From Podarcis muralis (taxonomy: Eukaryota), in assembly GCF_964188315.1 (NCBI RefSeq), contig NC_135656.1:62868001-62932000 (forward strand): a stretch of 64,000 bases of DNA, given 5' to 3'. Position 1 is the first letter of the stretch, and each line of letters opens with the position of its first letter. Shown one piece after another: positions 52,063-63,829 of the stretch. The notes under the pieces are model-generated. The model was not told the DNA's origin and did not search any database. It worked only from the letters and a program-made list of their open reading frames with translations. Both the position numbers and the translations under genes were made by a program.

Positions 52063-53940
52063 TATTTGGCCCTTAGGCAGAGGCAAGGAGCTGTATCAGT
52101 GCCCCTGTCCCCAACTCCTTGACAGCTCTATCACCCCTTCACACTCCAGGCGATCTAAGCAGCACAATTCCCCCCTCCTGCCCCCCCAACATGCTGTGCC
52201 ACTGAGCCCCCAGGTGAGTGTATGAGGGTGCATCCTTAAACATCATAGTTGTGCACCTAAAAAAAGTCACGTGTTAAGTCATCATAAATCTCATTTCATT
52301 GTTTTTAGTGGGATATGCAACCTGATCCTATGCTTGTCCTCCATTGCCCAGCAAGTCGCGTTTTGTTCGCTAGGAAAGTGCAAACCATAATGCTGTTTTA
52401 GTCATGGCATTAGTAACTTTTGCTGTCAAAAGTTGAGCTAGACCTACACAAAGAGCAACCTTAGGAATGCTCACCATTTAAATGCATTCAGTAATTGTAC
52501 TTGGGACTGGCATCAGCACCTGGCATCCTTGGGCAGCTGAGTCTAGTCCCCATTTTAATTTCCACAATGTTTCCAGTGTAGCGTCTCTCTGGTGCTTAGG
52601 AGGTGGCCAGACTTGGCTGCCTAGTGCTCCCACTGCTTTTCTAGCATGATAATAGCGGAGGTGGAAGCAGATCCTAGGAACAAACGAAAAAAGGAGCAGA
52701 AGAAGAACACAAGGGGGTTATGTGGCTCACATCCAGAACAGCTGCCATGAAACATAACCATCAGGCCATATATGGCAAAAATAGAGATTGACTTTTTCTT
52801 TTCTTTTTTATCCCACTTGGAACAGCTTCTTGTTCTTGCTCTGTGAGATATGATCTCTCAGCAATTTTCTTAAGCAGCTTTCCCTGTAAAAAGAAGTGTT
52901 ACAAAGCATAATATACATATTAAATTCTCATATAGCATATGCTTGTACTCTGTTTTCTGAACACTGGGATCTGCAAACTTCAAGGCCCTTTTCAGTGCGA
53001 AAGGCAGCCATTTCATGCTTATAGCCTACTAACTGGGAAAAGCTCCCCTCTGTGCTTTTCAGGGTGGCTTTTGTTAAACCAGTTGAACATGAGTGCTGGC
53101 GCGGGTGATAACCCTATTCATCACGATGAGTGGCTTAGTCCAAGCACCGAACCCTGGAACAGGAAACTCAAGCAGATCTCTGTCAAGATGACATATTGCA
53201 GGCACCACTTGCCTTCGCTTCACTTTGCATAGCAGCTGCAACACAAGCTGTTGCCAGAGACACCCAGGCATGCTCACTAGCCCCCAAACAGCTGCCCAGA
53301 CTTGCTCCAATGGAGTCCAGAGACACGATTCCCTTGCCATCACTCTAGACATTTCCAAAAAGTCAAAAAGGCCTGACTGTATCAGTATTCTTTTATACTT
53401 CACACTATTTTTGCCAGGGCATTTTGGCAACAGGGTCCAGGAGTCACGCAGCCTGATCTTATGCATGATTACTCGGTGAATAAGCACCAATGGATTCCAG
53501 GGGATTCAGATGTGATCATTCCCAAGTAAATGGTAATGTAGCTTTCTTGACCAAGGTTCAAATGTTCCAGAATTCACCTTGAATTGCCTTTCTAGTTATT
53601 CTAACAGAACAACATGAAAGGCTTTCATATAATGGTGATATTGTTTATAGGATCGAAGCAGACAGTACAAGATAATTTATTATTATTTATTATATTTACA
53701 TGGTGGTGGTTGTTTTACACTGAAGTGTCTTAAAGTGACTTACATAACAAGCAATGAAATAACAAAAATGTGTGTGCGCATTTTTGGATTCTTTCCAGGA
53801 CTGCAGTTTTCAGAAAGCCTCAAAGTGCTTTTTCAATGAAAACTACAAATGAACCCTTTCTGTAGATTATTAGGTAAGGCAACTCTGCAACCTGCTGGTG
53901 GAGGCGGGAAAAGGAAATGACCCATATTTTCCAGTCAATA

Positions 53941-54191
53941 CAGTGGTACCATGCTTCTTGAACTTAGTCCGTTCTGGGAGTCCGTTCGACTCCCAAAACC
54001 ATTCAAAAACCAAGGCACGGCTTCCAATTGGCTGCAGGAGCTTCCTGCACTCAACTGGAAGCCACAGAAGCTGCGTCGGACATTCGGCTTCCGAAAACCA
54101 TTCGCAAACCAGAATACTCACTTCCAAGTTTCAATCATTTGGGAGCCGATTTGTTCTACAACTAAGCTGTTCAGGAACTCAGGTACCACTG
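53941..54191. mobile_element. Tc1/mariner-type MITE (same TIR core, different interior)
   Basis: CAGTGGTACC ... GGTACCACTG flanked by TA at 53939-53940 and 54192-54193. Confidence 0.88.
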
Positions 54192-56589
54192 TATCTGTTT
54201 GGGAGACTGTAAGGCTTCTTTATACATGTCATTTCTTTTTGCCTTTGGGGACCATTTTCTGCAACCATTTTCATCATGGTTACCTGTTTCTAATAATTGA
54301 AACACCCCAAATTAAAATGTAGCATGCATTTACATTGATAAAGAAATCATCACTTGTAAAATAAGCAAAGCATTGTCTCCCCCTTTTGCGAGACCAAAAC
54401 GTTGGTTAACTCTGATGCAGTTTCACAAGGCATTCCACAGTTTCTTTTTGCTTGCAAGTTACACCCTTTCATTGGCTGGGGTGATACTCATATTTGTTGA
54501 CATAATCTGCTGTGTGATGGGGGGACTTGTGTGAGATGAATGTGCAAGACAATCAGTGCTTTGTGAATAACTGCACGCGTTTTCAGACTGCCCTCTAGAA
54601 AGCAAAACAAAATATTGGCCTCAAAGCTGTGCCTTATTAACAGCATTCCACCACAGCTTGGCCACCAAACATAACATGCTGAAAGTCGGAACAACTGTTA
54701 TGTATAGCAATTACAGCTATACTCCCAAACGAACACCTTTCAGTTTAAAATAGTATACTTTAGAGTTTGATTCAAGAGCCCTGGGAGCCTGATGAAAGAC
54801 CAATCAAGGCTACAATCATAAAATGTATTAGTGAGGAGCCCAATTGAACACCTCTGATCCTTCAGCCACATACTGCCCTTCATATGGGGGATGCACACAT
54901 CGTACAATCATATGGGAAGACAGTCATCAGGTGTATCCAGTCATGTGATGAGACATGTTTGCTCATTCTACATGGGTAGGTGCCGGCAGGGGTCATTATC
55001 CGGTATATATTTCCAAGGCAGGCAGCCTCTCATTTTGTGGAAAGCAAAATGGGAAACTTCAAAGTAACTGCAACAAAAATAATATGTGGTTCCTCACCCT
55101 TAGAAATGTATCCTGATCGATATATAGAAAGCCTACCAAGATATATCCAAAACCTACCAAGTGGGCAAAGGCCACTATTTTGAAATACCAGAATTGTTGT
55201 TGTTACTCTGAGTGAAATGAACTTTGAAGTGCCAGATAAGGGCGTTTAAAAACAAGAACAAGAACAACAACATCATTGAATTGATACGAAAAAGATTAGG
55301 AAAATAAGAAACTTGAAAAATAAAAATGGCAGATCGGCCCATCCCTACCCCAATGCCCTTTCCTCCTTTTTAAAATTTACTTGATCCTATTTTGCTTAAT
55401 GCCTCAACTCCACTCCTTGCACGTATCCTGCCAAATGCTTCCATTCCCATTCTCAAAGGCCTTACCCTCTATATGCCAAGGGGAACCGAGACGGAGAGAA
55501 AAGAAGATGGAGAGAGGACAAATTTGTTCAAAAGGGATGGGAGCCCCTATGTCCCGCCAGCCTGGGCAATCCTCAAATGTTAATTAAAGCTTTCCAGCAG
55601 AGCACTGAGCCGCTTTGAATTTGCATGCAGCCGCAGGAGTGATTTGGAAACTGTTGGGGATGGGGTGGAAATCTACATAGGTTCCCCATGACCAAAGTGG
55701 GGAGAGGAGGGCAGAGGTGGGTGGTCGGAGAGAAAGAAGGTTGGGCTCCACATCTTATGAAATACATTCAAATGAGGCAGAAACAAACCTACACAGTGAC
55801 TCTGGATTTGCCTCCCTCCCTGCATTTCTGACTCTCGGCATGGAGCTGGTGCAAGTGTCTGGAAAAAGAGCAAAAGTAAGTAGATTAGTTTACAAACTGG
55901 GGCCTGGGTGGTGGCCAAGAGGATTTCGCAATTCAATTTTGCCCTGCAAAAGTGAAAAAAGTGTGCAAAGCACAATTTTCAAAAGTGTGACAAATGTGAG
56001 AAGAAGAAAACTGAACATAGGAAGTGGGAAAAGGGCTGGAGTAGGACCGAGGTGTCCTCCAAGAGAGGGGAACGATTCACTGAGAGCCAAAACAAGCGAC
56101 AGTGAGTACTGAAGAAGCACGTTTTGAAAAGGGAAATCCTGAGAAGGGTAAGTGAATGATATTGTAAATGAATGACCTGAGTGTAAGTGCATGATTTTGT
56201 TGATTTAAAAGCAACACCTGGTTGGTGCTGTGTTGTAATCTATGGTGAAAATGCTTTCTTGTCATTTTAGTTCCACATACTAAGAGGAAGTTCATGCATT
56301 GCCTCACAGATTTGCCAGTTACACCTGTTAGCTGAATAATAATGCACATCAAAATTGGGATGGGGGTGGGGCTACAGAAAGGAATGCATGAATGGAAAAT
56401 GATAGTAAACTGCAAGAGCCAGCTACGAAATGATTTTAGGCAGTTTCCAAATTAAGCTGGAATCCCAGGAGGGTTAGGATGCAGTGCACATCCAGCCCAT
56501 GGGGCAATAGCCAATGGACATTCCGTGGACAGCCAGACTTAATATCTGACAGAGGAGGCAGGAAGAACAACATAGAGACATGAGCTGCC

Positions 56590-57157
56590 CTAATCAAACT
56601 AATGGAGTATGCTGAAATGGCCAGATTAACTGGGAAACTTAGAAATCAAGACCATAACAAATATAAAAAAGAATGAAATATGTTTATTGCTTATGTACAA
56701 AATCATTGTAAGGAAGTTAATGCATTAGTAGGATTTTTAAAACACTTGTAAGATTATGGAGAATATTTAAATTTGGAGATAATCAAAGATAAAGACGTTA
56801 TTGACGTGCATAAATTAAGACAATACAAAGGATCCCTCGACTTCCCTCTACTCCAGTCTTCTTCAACCTCAGCCCTCCAGATGTTTTGAGACTACAATTC
56901 CCATCATTCCTGACCACTGGTCCTGCTAGCTAGGAATCATGGGAGTTGTAGGCCAAAAACATCTGGAGGGCTGAGGTTGAAGAAGACTGGAGTAGAGGGA
57001 AGTCGAGGGATTTGAGTAATTCCAAAACATAGATTTAATACTATGTGAATACAGTTGTTTGAAATTTCTTATTTTATGTTTTTATTTTTACTTTAATGTG
57101 ATGGTTTTGTTTAATTGTAAAAATTAATAAAAATATTTATAAAAATAAGAAGAAGAA
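56590..57157 (+). mobile_element. 5'-truncated L1 insertion hosting a MITE
   Basis: Encodes KLMEYAEMARLTGKLRNQD; AATAAA and an A-rich tail; 14-bp TSD AGACATGAGCTGCC at 56576-56589 and 57158-57171. Confidence 0.9.
56854..56989. mobile_element. Palindromic hAT MITE (same family as 44181) lacking a direct TSD
   Basis: TIR CAGTCTTCTTCAACCTCAGCCCTCCAGATGTTTT at both ends; flanks are inverted rather than direct repeats. Confidence 0.9.
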
Positions 57158-57970
57158 AGACATGAGCTGCCTTACAGTTTATATTCTTTTTATTTAAAAT
57201 TGTACACCACAGCAATATGTTTAAGGAACAGTGCTAGAGAAATAGTTTGTACCAAGAGACATCCAGTGTCATACAAATGGACTTCCCTCGGCTCTCCTCC
57301 CTCTGCAGTCAACTTTGAAACAACCACGTTCAGAATTCTGCAAGCTGGAGAACTTTCCCTCACAGATGCATTACAATGTGGAACAGTCTGAAGTTCACTT
57401 TTAGAATGCTATGTCCCAGGAGGCAAATGTGTGTTCTGGGGACATTTCTTCCCAGACTTTTCTCTGTGGGTGCTCTGTAACTATGGATTACCTTCCCTTT
57501 GAGACTTCATTGGCCTCTGTCCTCCCACCCATTCACCTTTCTTTCTAGGCTGGCCGCCAGTTATGTTATCTAACTCAAAACTCAAGTCTATTCTGAGTTT
57601 CTGGCACATTAGGCAGAATCTGTGGTGTGTAATATATGAAGGAATGATATGGTCAGCACCATGTCTCATCTCATTTGATTTCTCCACTCCAGTGGCTCCA
57701 GTCCCCAGTTATGTGCCAGTTCTTCTGTTAGAGTACACCAACCACCTCAGGGAACACATGCTGAGGGACAGTGACTGCAGCTCCTTAGGTGTTCCTCCTG
57801 GTAATTCTCTTGCGTTGGAAGACAAGTGTTGGCCTGTCCCAAACTCTCAGAACTAGCCATTACAGAAATAAAATTCAGTAATGAAAGAAGCCTTCTGTGC
57901 ATGGAATGGTGAGGGTGCCATCTTGTCCTTCGTCTTGGGCAGAAAAATGTTTTGAATTGGCTTTGGAGCA

Positions 57971-58007
57971 GCCGTGATCGTATAGTGGTTAGTGCTTTGC
58001 ATTGTGG
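57971..58007 (+). pseudogene. tRNA-His(GUG) 5'-half retrocopy
   Basis: GCCGTGATCGTATAGTGGTTAGTGCTTTGCATTGTGG is 34/37 identical to vertebrate tRNA-His positions 1-37 as recalled, stops right after the GTG anticodon, and is flanked by an imperfect 15-bp direct repeat. Confidence 0.8.
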
Positions 58008-59494
58008 ATTGGCCCTGGAGCCTGCTCATATACCAAACCAGCGATTTTCAGGAGTAATGAGTTGTCCTGCCAATTTGCAACAGAGAACAAATTTCCTTAG
58101 CTCCTTAACTCTCTGCTAATTGCCTTCATTTGCCTGTCTCCTCCCTTCCACCTCATATATGGGTGGGATATAGCCTTTAGCTAGTGCTATTATAATTTAT
58201 CTAGGAGGACTTGGGTGTTATTTTTCAGGTGCAGGGTAATAATACCGGCTCCAAATTGAAAAGTACCCGTTTATGTTGGTAGTGGTGGTGATGCAGATCC
58301 AAAGATGGGTGGTGGGTTCTCAGCATGGATGAACTGGAGTGTAGTAGTCATTGTGTTTCTAAGATGTGTGAAGCAACAGCTCAAGATTCCACTGGGTCAC
58401 CCAGCAACTTTAATTCAGTGGTAGTCAATGTGGTCTCCTCCAAATATTGTTGGGCTACATCTCCCATCAGCCCTAGACGATATGACCAATGCCATGGACG
58501 GTGCAAGCTGGAGTCCAACATCTGGAGGGCACAGGATCAGTTGCCCCTACTCTAAACCCTAAAGAATATGCAAGCCATGTGAACAACTAACCTTTTCATA
58601 TGACTGCAAATATGACTGTATAACACTATGACTGTTCATAGTGAATTGCTTTGTTGTCAGCCTCCAGACTCACAGAAAGCTATAAGCAGCAGATTATCAG
58701 ATTTGCAGAGGAACAGCCTCTTGGATCCAAAGTTGCAGGGAGGTCCTAGAAGTAACATGTAGAAGATAGGAATGTAGCACATTTTTCACAGCCAATGTGA
58801 AATGATATTAAGGTGGCAAGTGTTGTGGGAAGAGCTTTAGTCTGAAAGCCATAGCCAGGGATATCTAAAAGCTGAAATATGTTTAGATTGTACTTAAGAA
58901 AACTTAATTCCCAGGAAGTTTGTCCCATTGGACTCTGAACTGTATGAAGGATTACCTACAGAGTACTACTGTTTCAGGGATGTAGAGCTGGAAGCAGAAC
59001 GGATAAATCTGCTCTAGTTTTGTGGGTTCAGAGTAATTTTTTCCTCCTCCTTTCCTTTCCACCACAAGTTTCAGTCTAAGTGCACAGGGAATCAATCATT
59101 CAAAGCCCGTATAGATCATGAATCAAAACCATTTTGCTATTGAAGACTATGGGTGACCGGCTGGTTCTTGAACTAGTTGCATGTTAGTTAATATCATTGG
59201 GGAAAAGTCACCCTGCGATGGTCTGAACTGAACCCCTGATGATAATGCCATTAACTCATGATAGTGCCGTTTCTCTGAAGAAAGAGTTTCAGCCATTGGA
59301 GAGTGTTGCGTTTTAGACAGTGAAGAATATGCTTGCTGGAGGGATATTCTGCTTGCTATTTCATTCTCATGGACCTCAAAGGTCATCCAGTCCAAAACAC
59401 AGCCGAGGCAGATTGTCAGGAAGGTTTCTGATGTTGTTACTCTTTTTATAGTCACACCACTGTTTATGATCTCTCTGGATTCTTTCTTTTTCAG

Positions 59495-59870
59495 ATGTCG
59501 ATCTCGGATTCCGTGCTCTCCTTCTATCAAATGGTTTCCCGTAGAAAAAGAATAACAGCCGGTGCCTGTAGAGAATCGAACTTGCGTCGCTGCCTTTCCA
59601 CCTCGGACTTAGTGGCTCTGGGTGTGGGCAGTACTTTGGGTGCAGGGGTGTATCTCTTGGCAGGGGAAGTAGCCAAGACCACCGCAGGCCCCAGTATCAT
59701 CATTTCTTTTCTGATTGCTGCTCTGGTGTCCATCCTGGCAGGACTGTGTTACGCTGAGTTTGGAGCCCGGGTGCCTTTGACCGGATCAGCTTATCTCTAC
59801 AGCTACATAACAGTTGGAGAGCTGTGGGCATTCGTCACTGGTTGGAACCTGCTGCTCTCCTATATAATTG
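59495..59870 (+). CDS. Cationic amino acid transporter (SLC7A1/2/3-like), first coding exon
   Basis: TCTTTTTCAG|ATG; [18 protein letters not shown]...[26 protein letters not shown]...[43 protein letters not shown](G)|GT; same exon boundary as SLC7A1. Confidence 0.96.
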
Positions 59871-59999
59871 GTATAAACAAGTTTTGGGCTTCTGTGTTTT
59901 GACATCTACCGTGTGGTTTCATTGATAAGCCAAAGAGATGGGCCTAAGAAATAATAACTAGGCAGGCAGAACTTTTTTTTTTAAGTTGATGTGAGTTGA

Positions 60000-60150
60000 A
60001 TTTGTAGCTCAGAGCATGTGTTATGCATGCAAAAGGTTCCAGGTTCAGACTCTGGTATTTCCAGTAAGGCTGTGAAAGGTCCCATTCTTAATCCCTGGAG
60101 CACTGTTGACAGTCAAGAGAAGGGTCTAAGTCAGCTTCATCTGAATGGTT
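60000..60150 (+). mobile_element. Old tRNA-derived SINE (tRNA-Ala-like head)
   Basis: TGTAGCTCAGAGCATGTGTTATGCATGCAAAAGGTTCCAGGTTCAG...; related to 3985-4152. Confidence 0.5.
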
Positions 60151-61473
60151 CAGACAACCACATCCACTCATGCCCATTTCATCATTGGAAAACCTGGGTG
60201 GCATTCAACTAACTTTTTCTGTTAGTGCAAGGATTAGTGCTAGGGCAAGGGGATGTGTGCCCCCACACTATCCCCAGATCTTCTCTGGAGGCTTGGGAGA
60301 ATCCGCAGAACAAATTCAGGGGAGAGAACGAGAGAACGTTCTGCTGCAGGAGAAATCCTTGCACTGACGGACTGTTCACCTAAGCACAATGTTGAACGCA
60401 ACCCCTAGACTACACACAGTGTGGATGGAAAAAAATGCTGCATCTCCTGTCAAGAAATGGTCCCCTATTTCTTTTGGGCCTCAGTGAATTTAGTCTGTGG
60501 TTTTCCAGCGATGTGATGGGCACGAGAACTTCCACTACCAATCATTGGCAGCCAGTCATTTATTCATCTGAAATAATGATTAGCACAAAACCATGAAGAA
60601 TCCATATGCGAATACAAAATGGCAGTAGAGGAGAATAGGTTAGTATATACTTATTTAAGATGACCACCCTCCAATGTGATACAGTGACAGGACATCTCTC
60701 ATGCAGAGGTGTTTTTTTTTACTGCAAATAATGTGGTCATTTAAGACACATATTTATCTGACACATTTTGTAACCTGTCCTGAAGGTCAGTATAGAAATG
60801 TTTTGAATGATGAAATAAAATCCTATCAATGTCTGATAGCTAAAAGTTGCTGCTCATTTGACTTCTAAGGGGATCTTATATGATAGGAGAGCTTCCACTG
60901 CAAGTTCAAATCATGGTGGGTGCATCATTCCCAATTGGCAAAAAAGTGGGTTGAGTGATAGCACACTTAAGCTTTTTATTTTTTACTTGTTATTTGGCAT
61001 AACATAGGTGATGTGTCATCTGGACTGTCAAAAATGCAGTGTTCCCTATAAAAGCAGGATGAGCGTAAAAACTGCCCCCTCCATAAACTGAGATGAAAAG
61101 ACAGAATGAGGAAAAAGAATTATGCAGCCAAGGGGTGAAATGGGTGAGCACGGAGTCAAGAAGAAAGACATGCTCTTTGTAGTGTCATATATAATGTATG
61201 TGCTGCCCACACAGCAGTTTAAGGCTGACATGCTTCCTTTGAAAGAGAGTGCTAAAAGGGCACAGCTTCATAGTACACAATGGACATCTTATACCTGAGA
61301 AAGCTGTTGTTTCGCATGGACCATCAGAGGTCCATAAGCCTTGAAAAGCTGATGCTTTATACCTGTGTACATAGAACAGTACATAGGGCCCTGCAATATC
61401 CCTTATTTTTAAGGCTCGATGTACTGTACCCATATTTGGCAGTGTTATCTTTAAACTGGCTGATTCTCTACAG

Positions 61474-61629
61474 GTACCTCCAGTGTAGCCAGAGCATGGA
61501 GTGCTACTTTCGATGAGCTCCTGGGCAAACGGATCAGCACCTTTTTCAGCACCCATATGGCCATGACCTCTCCAGGACTAGCTGAATACCCTGATATCTT
61601 TGCTGTTTGCCTCATTGTCCTACTGACAG
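61474..61629 (+). CDS. CAT transporter coding exon 2 (156 nt)
   Basis: [51 protein letters not shown]; CAG|...|GTATGC. Confidence 0.96.
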
Positions 61630-62489
61630 GTATGCTTGTACTGATTTTTATTATATTTTTACTATTGTAAGGATCCTTGAAACCCACCCTGCACCAATTT
61701 TATTGGAGACTGCCCATTAAATTTTATACATGCAAGGAGTTTTTTCCTTCCCACCATGGGCTTAATGCAACTGTGACAAATTGGTTTTGAATAATAGTAG
61801 CATCTCAGTATAGTTTCCAAACCCTGTAATTCTCACCCACAGTAGGGTCAGGGGAGAAATTAACTTCGGTTTGCATTTAGCTTACCTAATTCACATTTTC
61901 AGACACAATAAGCCCAATTCTGAAACAATACCCAATTTGCACTTTCTGAAGCCATTCATGAGCACAGCAATCCTTTGAAATTCACACTTATCCAAATTTT
62001 GCAGTGCAGTTCTCCAGCCAAGTAATGTGAACAACAATGTGTGCGTATAAATGCATACGCATGAATGACAATAACATCCAAGATGCATTATATATGGGGA
62101 AATTGCCTTTCAAAAAGGTAAAATTGCATATAAAAATGTTTATAGTAGGAAAAATTCTCGCAGAAATGCTTATTAATTTTCCTGAGAATTTCTTCTTAAA
62201 AGACATATGCAAACTTGCGGGAATGTGGCAAACTGAATTTAAGATTGGAAAAATGACAAACTGAGAGAAACCAAAACTGGCCTATTCACCCATCCCTACC
62301 GACAGGTCTTTTGCATTTACACTGTTGCTGTCTTTCTTGTTTCTGCTGGACTTGCCACTTGTTCTTTAATAGTTCTCCATGGTTTCAAGCTAGGGTCTTT
62401 CTCAGCCTTACCTGAGCTTGCCAAGAATTGAACATGGGACCTTCTTCATGCAAAGTCCAGTAGTAAAGGACTAGAGGACATGCTTTGTG

Positions 62490-62743
62490 GAGCCAGTGTG
62501 GTGTAGTGGTTAAGAGCGGTAGACTCGTAATCTGGTGAACCGGGTTCGCTTCCCCGCTCCTCCACATGCAGCTGCTGGGTGACCTTGGGCTAGTCACACT
62601 TCTCTGAAGTCTCTCAGCCCCACTCACCTCACAGAGTGTTTGCAGTGGGGGAGGAAGGGAAAGGAGAATGTTAGCCGCTTTGAGACTCCTTCAGGTAGTG
62701 ATAAAGGGGGATATCAAATCCAAAACTCTTCTCTTCTTCTTCT
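62490..62743 (+). mobile_element. Young full-length Squam3-type SINE
   Basis: AGCCAGTGTGGTGTAGTGGTTAAGAGCGGTAGACTCGTAATCTGGTGAACCGGGTTCG...ATATCAAATCCAAAACTCTTCT(CTT)n; CpGs retained. Confidence 0.85.
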
Positions 62744-62933
62744 TTCCATGCAGAAGGTCTAATATTCAATTCTTGGCAAGTTCAGGTAAGGCTGGGAAAC
62801 ACCCCTGCTCTCAGATTTTTCCATATGGTACAAGCAATAGCTCATATCTACTGTACTTTGCAAAGGACACTGCCTCCATCCATAATAGTTGTGAGGCCCA
62901 AGCAATGAGAAATTGTATCCGTTGACTCCTTAG

Positions 62934-63102
62934 GTCTCCTCTCAGTTGGGGTAAAAGAATCCACCACAGTGAATAAAATCTTCACAGCTGTCAATGTGCT
63001 TGTCCTTCTATTCATTATAATAAGTGGATTTATCAAAGGGGACCTGAAGAATTGGAAGATGAGCAAGAATGATCTGTTAATGACTGCTGCCCTCAGATTT
63101 AG
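62934..63102 (+). CDS. CAT transporter coding exon 3 (169 nt)
   Basis: [55 protein letters not shown]; TAG|...|GTAAGA. Confidence 0.96.
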
Positions 63103-63364
63103 GTAAGAGAATGGCTACACAAGCTCTTGGGCTGCAGTAAACACAGGCCACACAGATTATATTTCTACAGAGGTTACAAATTATTTAAATATCTATTTGC
63201 TGTCCTTTCATGAAATCCCCAAACAGCTACCTGACTTTGCCTAACGGTAGGACGGATCCATGTCCACCTACCATTTCCCTGCCTCCTTTGCTGTACCTGT
63301 CTACCAACTATATCCAATCAGATCCTTCTGACATTGACTTCCTTTATGTCACCTTCCTTGACAG

Positions 63365-63495
63365 GAACCAATCTGAGAATGGAACTTGGGACTTTGGGGC
63401 TGGAGGGTTCATGCCCTATGGCTTCAGTGGGACCTTAGCTGGAGCTGCTACCTGCTTCTATGCTTTCATTGGGTTTGACTGCATTGCGACTACAG
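63365..63495 (+). CDS. CAT transporter coding exon 4 (131 nt)
   Basis: (R)[43 protein letters not shown]; CAG|...|GTAAGC. Confidence 0.96.
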
Positions 63496-63829
63496 GTAAG
63501 CAAGAAAGAAGACAATTACAAAATGTCCATGATTGGTAACCCCATCCGGCAGCTAATAAAGAAAGGAGAAAATATCTATTCACCTCACAAGGGAGCCATT
63601 TGTTATTAAAGCTCTCCTGTGTCCAATTCCCTTCCTAAGAGGAGTGGAATGTGTTGTGACTTAGGCATTGCTGTTGTTGGAACAGAAATCCATAGGCAAT
63701 CCTTTTGGAATAACCAAAGCACCACGTAAATCTTTGCTTAATCTCTACAGTGACAGGTTAACCATACTCATGTGAGACAAAATGTGTAGATTTTAGAATG
63801 GTGTGACTTCTTGTGTTTATGTTTACCAG

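Noticed and set aside
54789-54850. CTGATGA as a possible second hammerhead core
   Set aside because: No stem II or GAAA box at the appropriate spacing.
57971-58007. Functional link between a His-tRNA fragment and an adjacent cationic amino acid transporter
   Set aside because: Attractive but unsupported; no attenuation-like mechanism is known in vertebrates and proximity alone is not evidence.
51440-59490. Search for CCDC69, the human 5' neighbour of ANXA6
   Set aside because: No exons recognised in this interval; it may lie beyond the window, so no loss is claimed.
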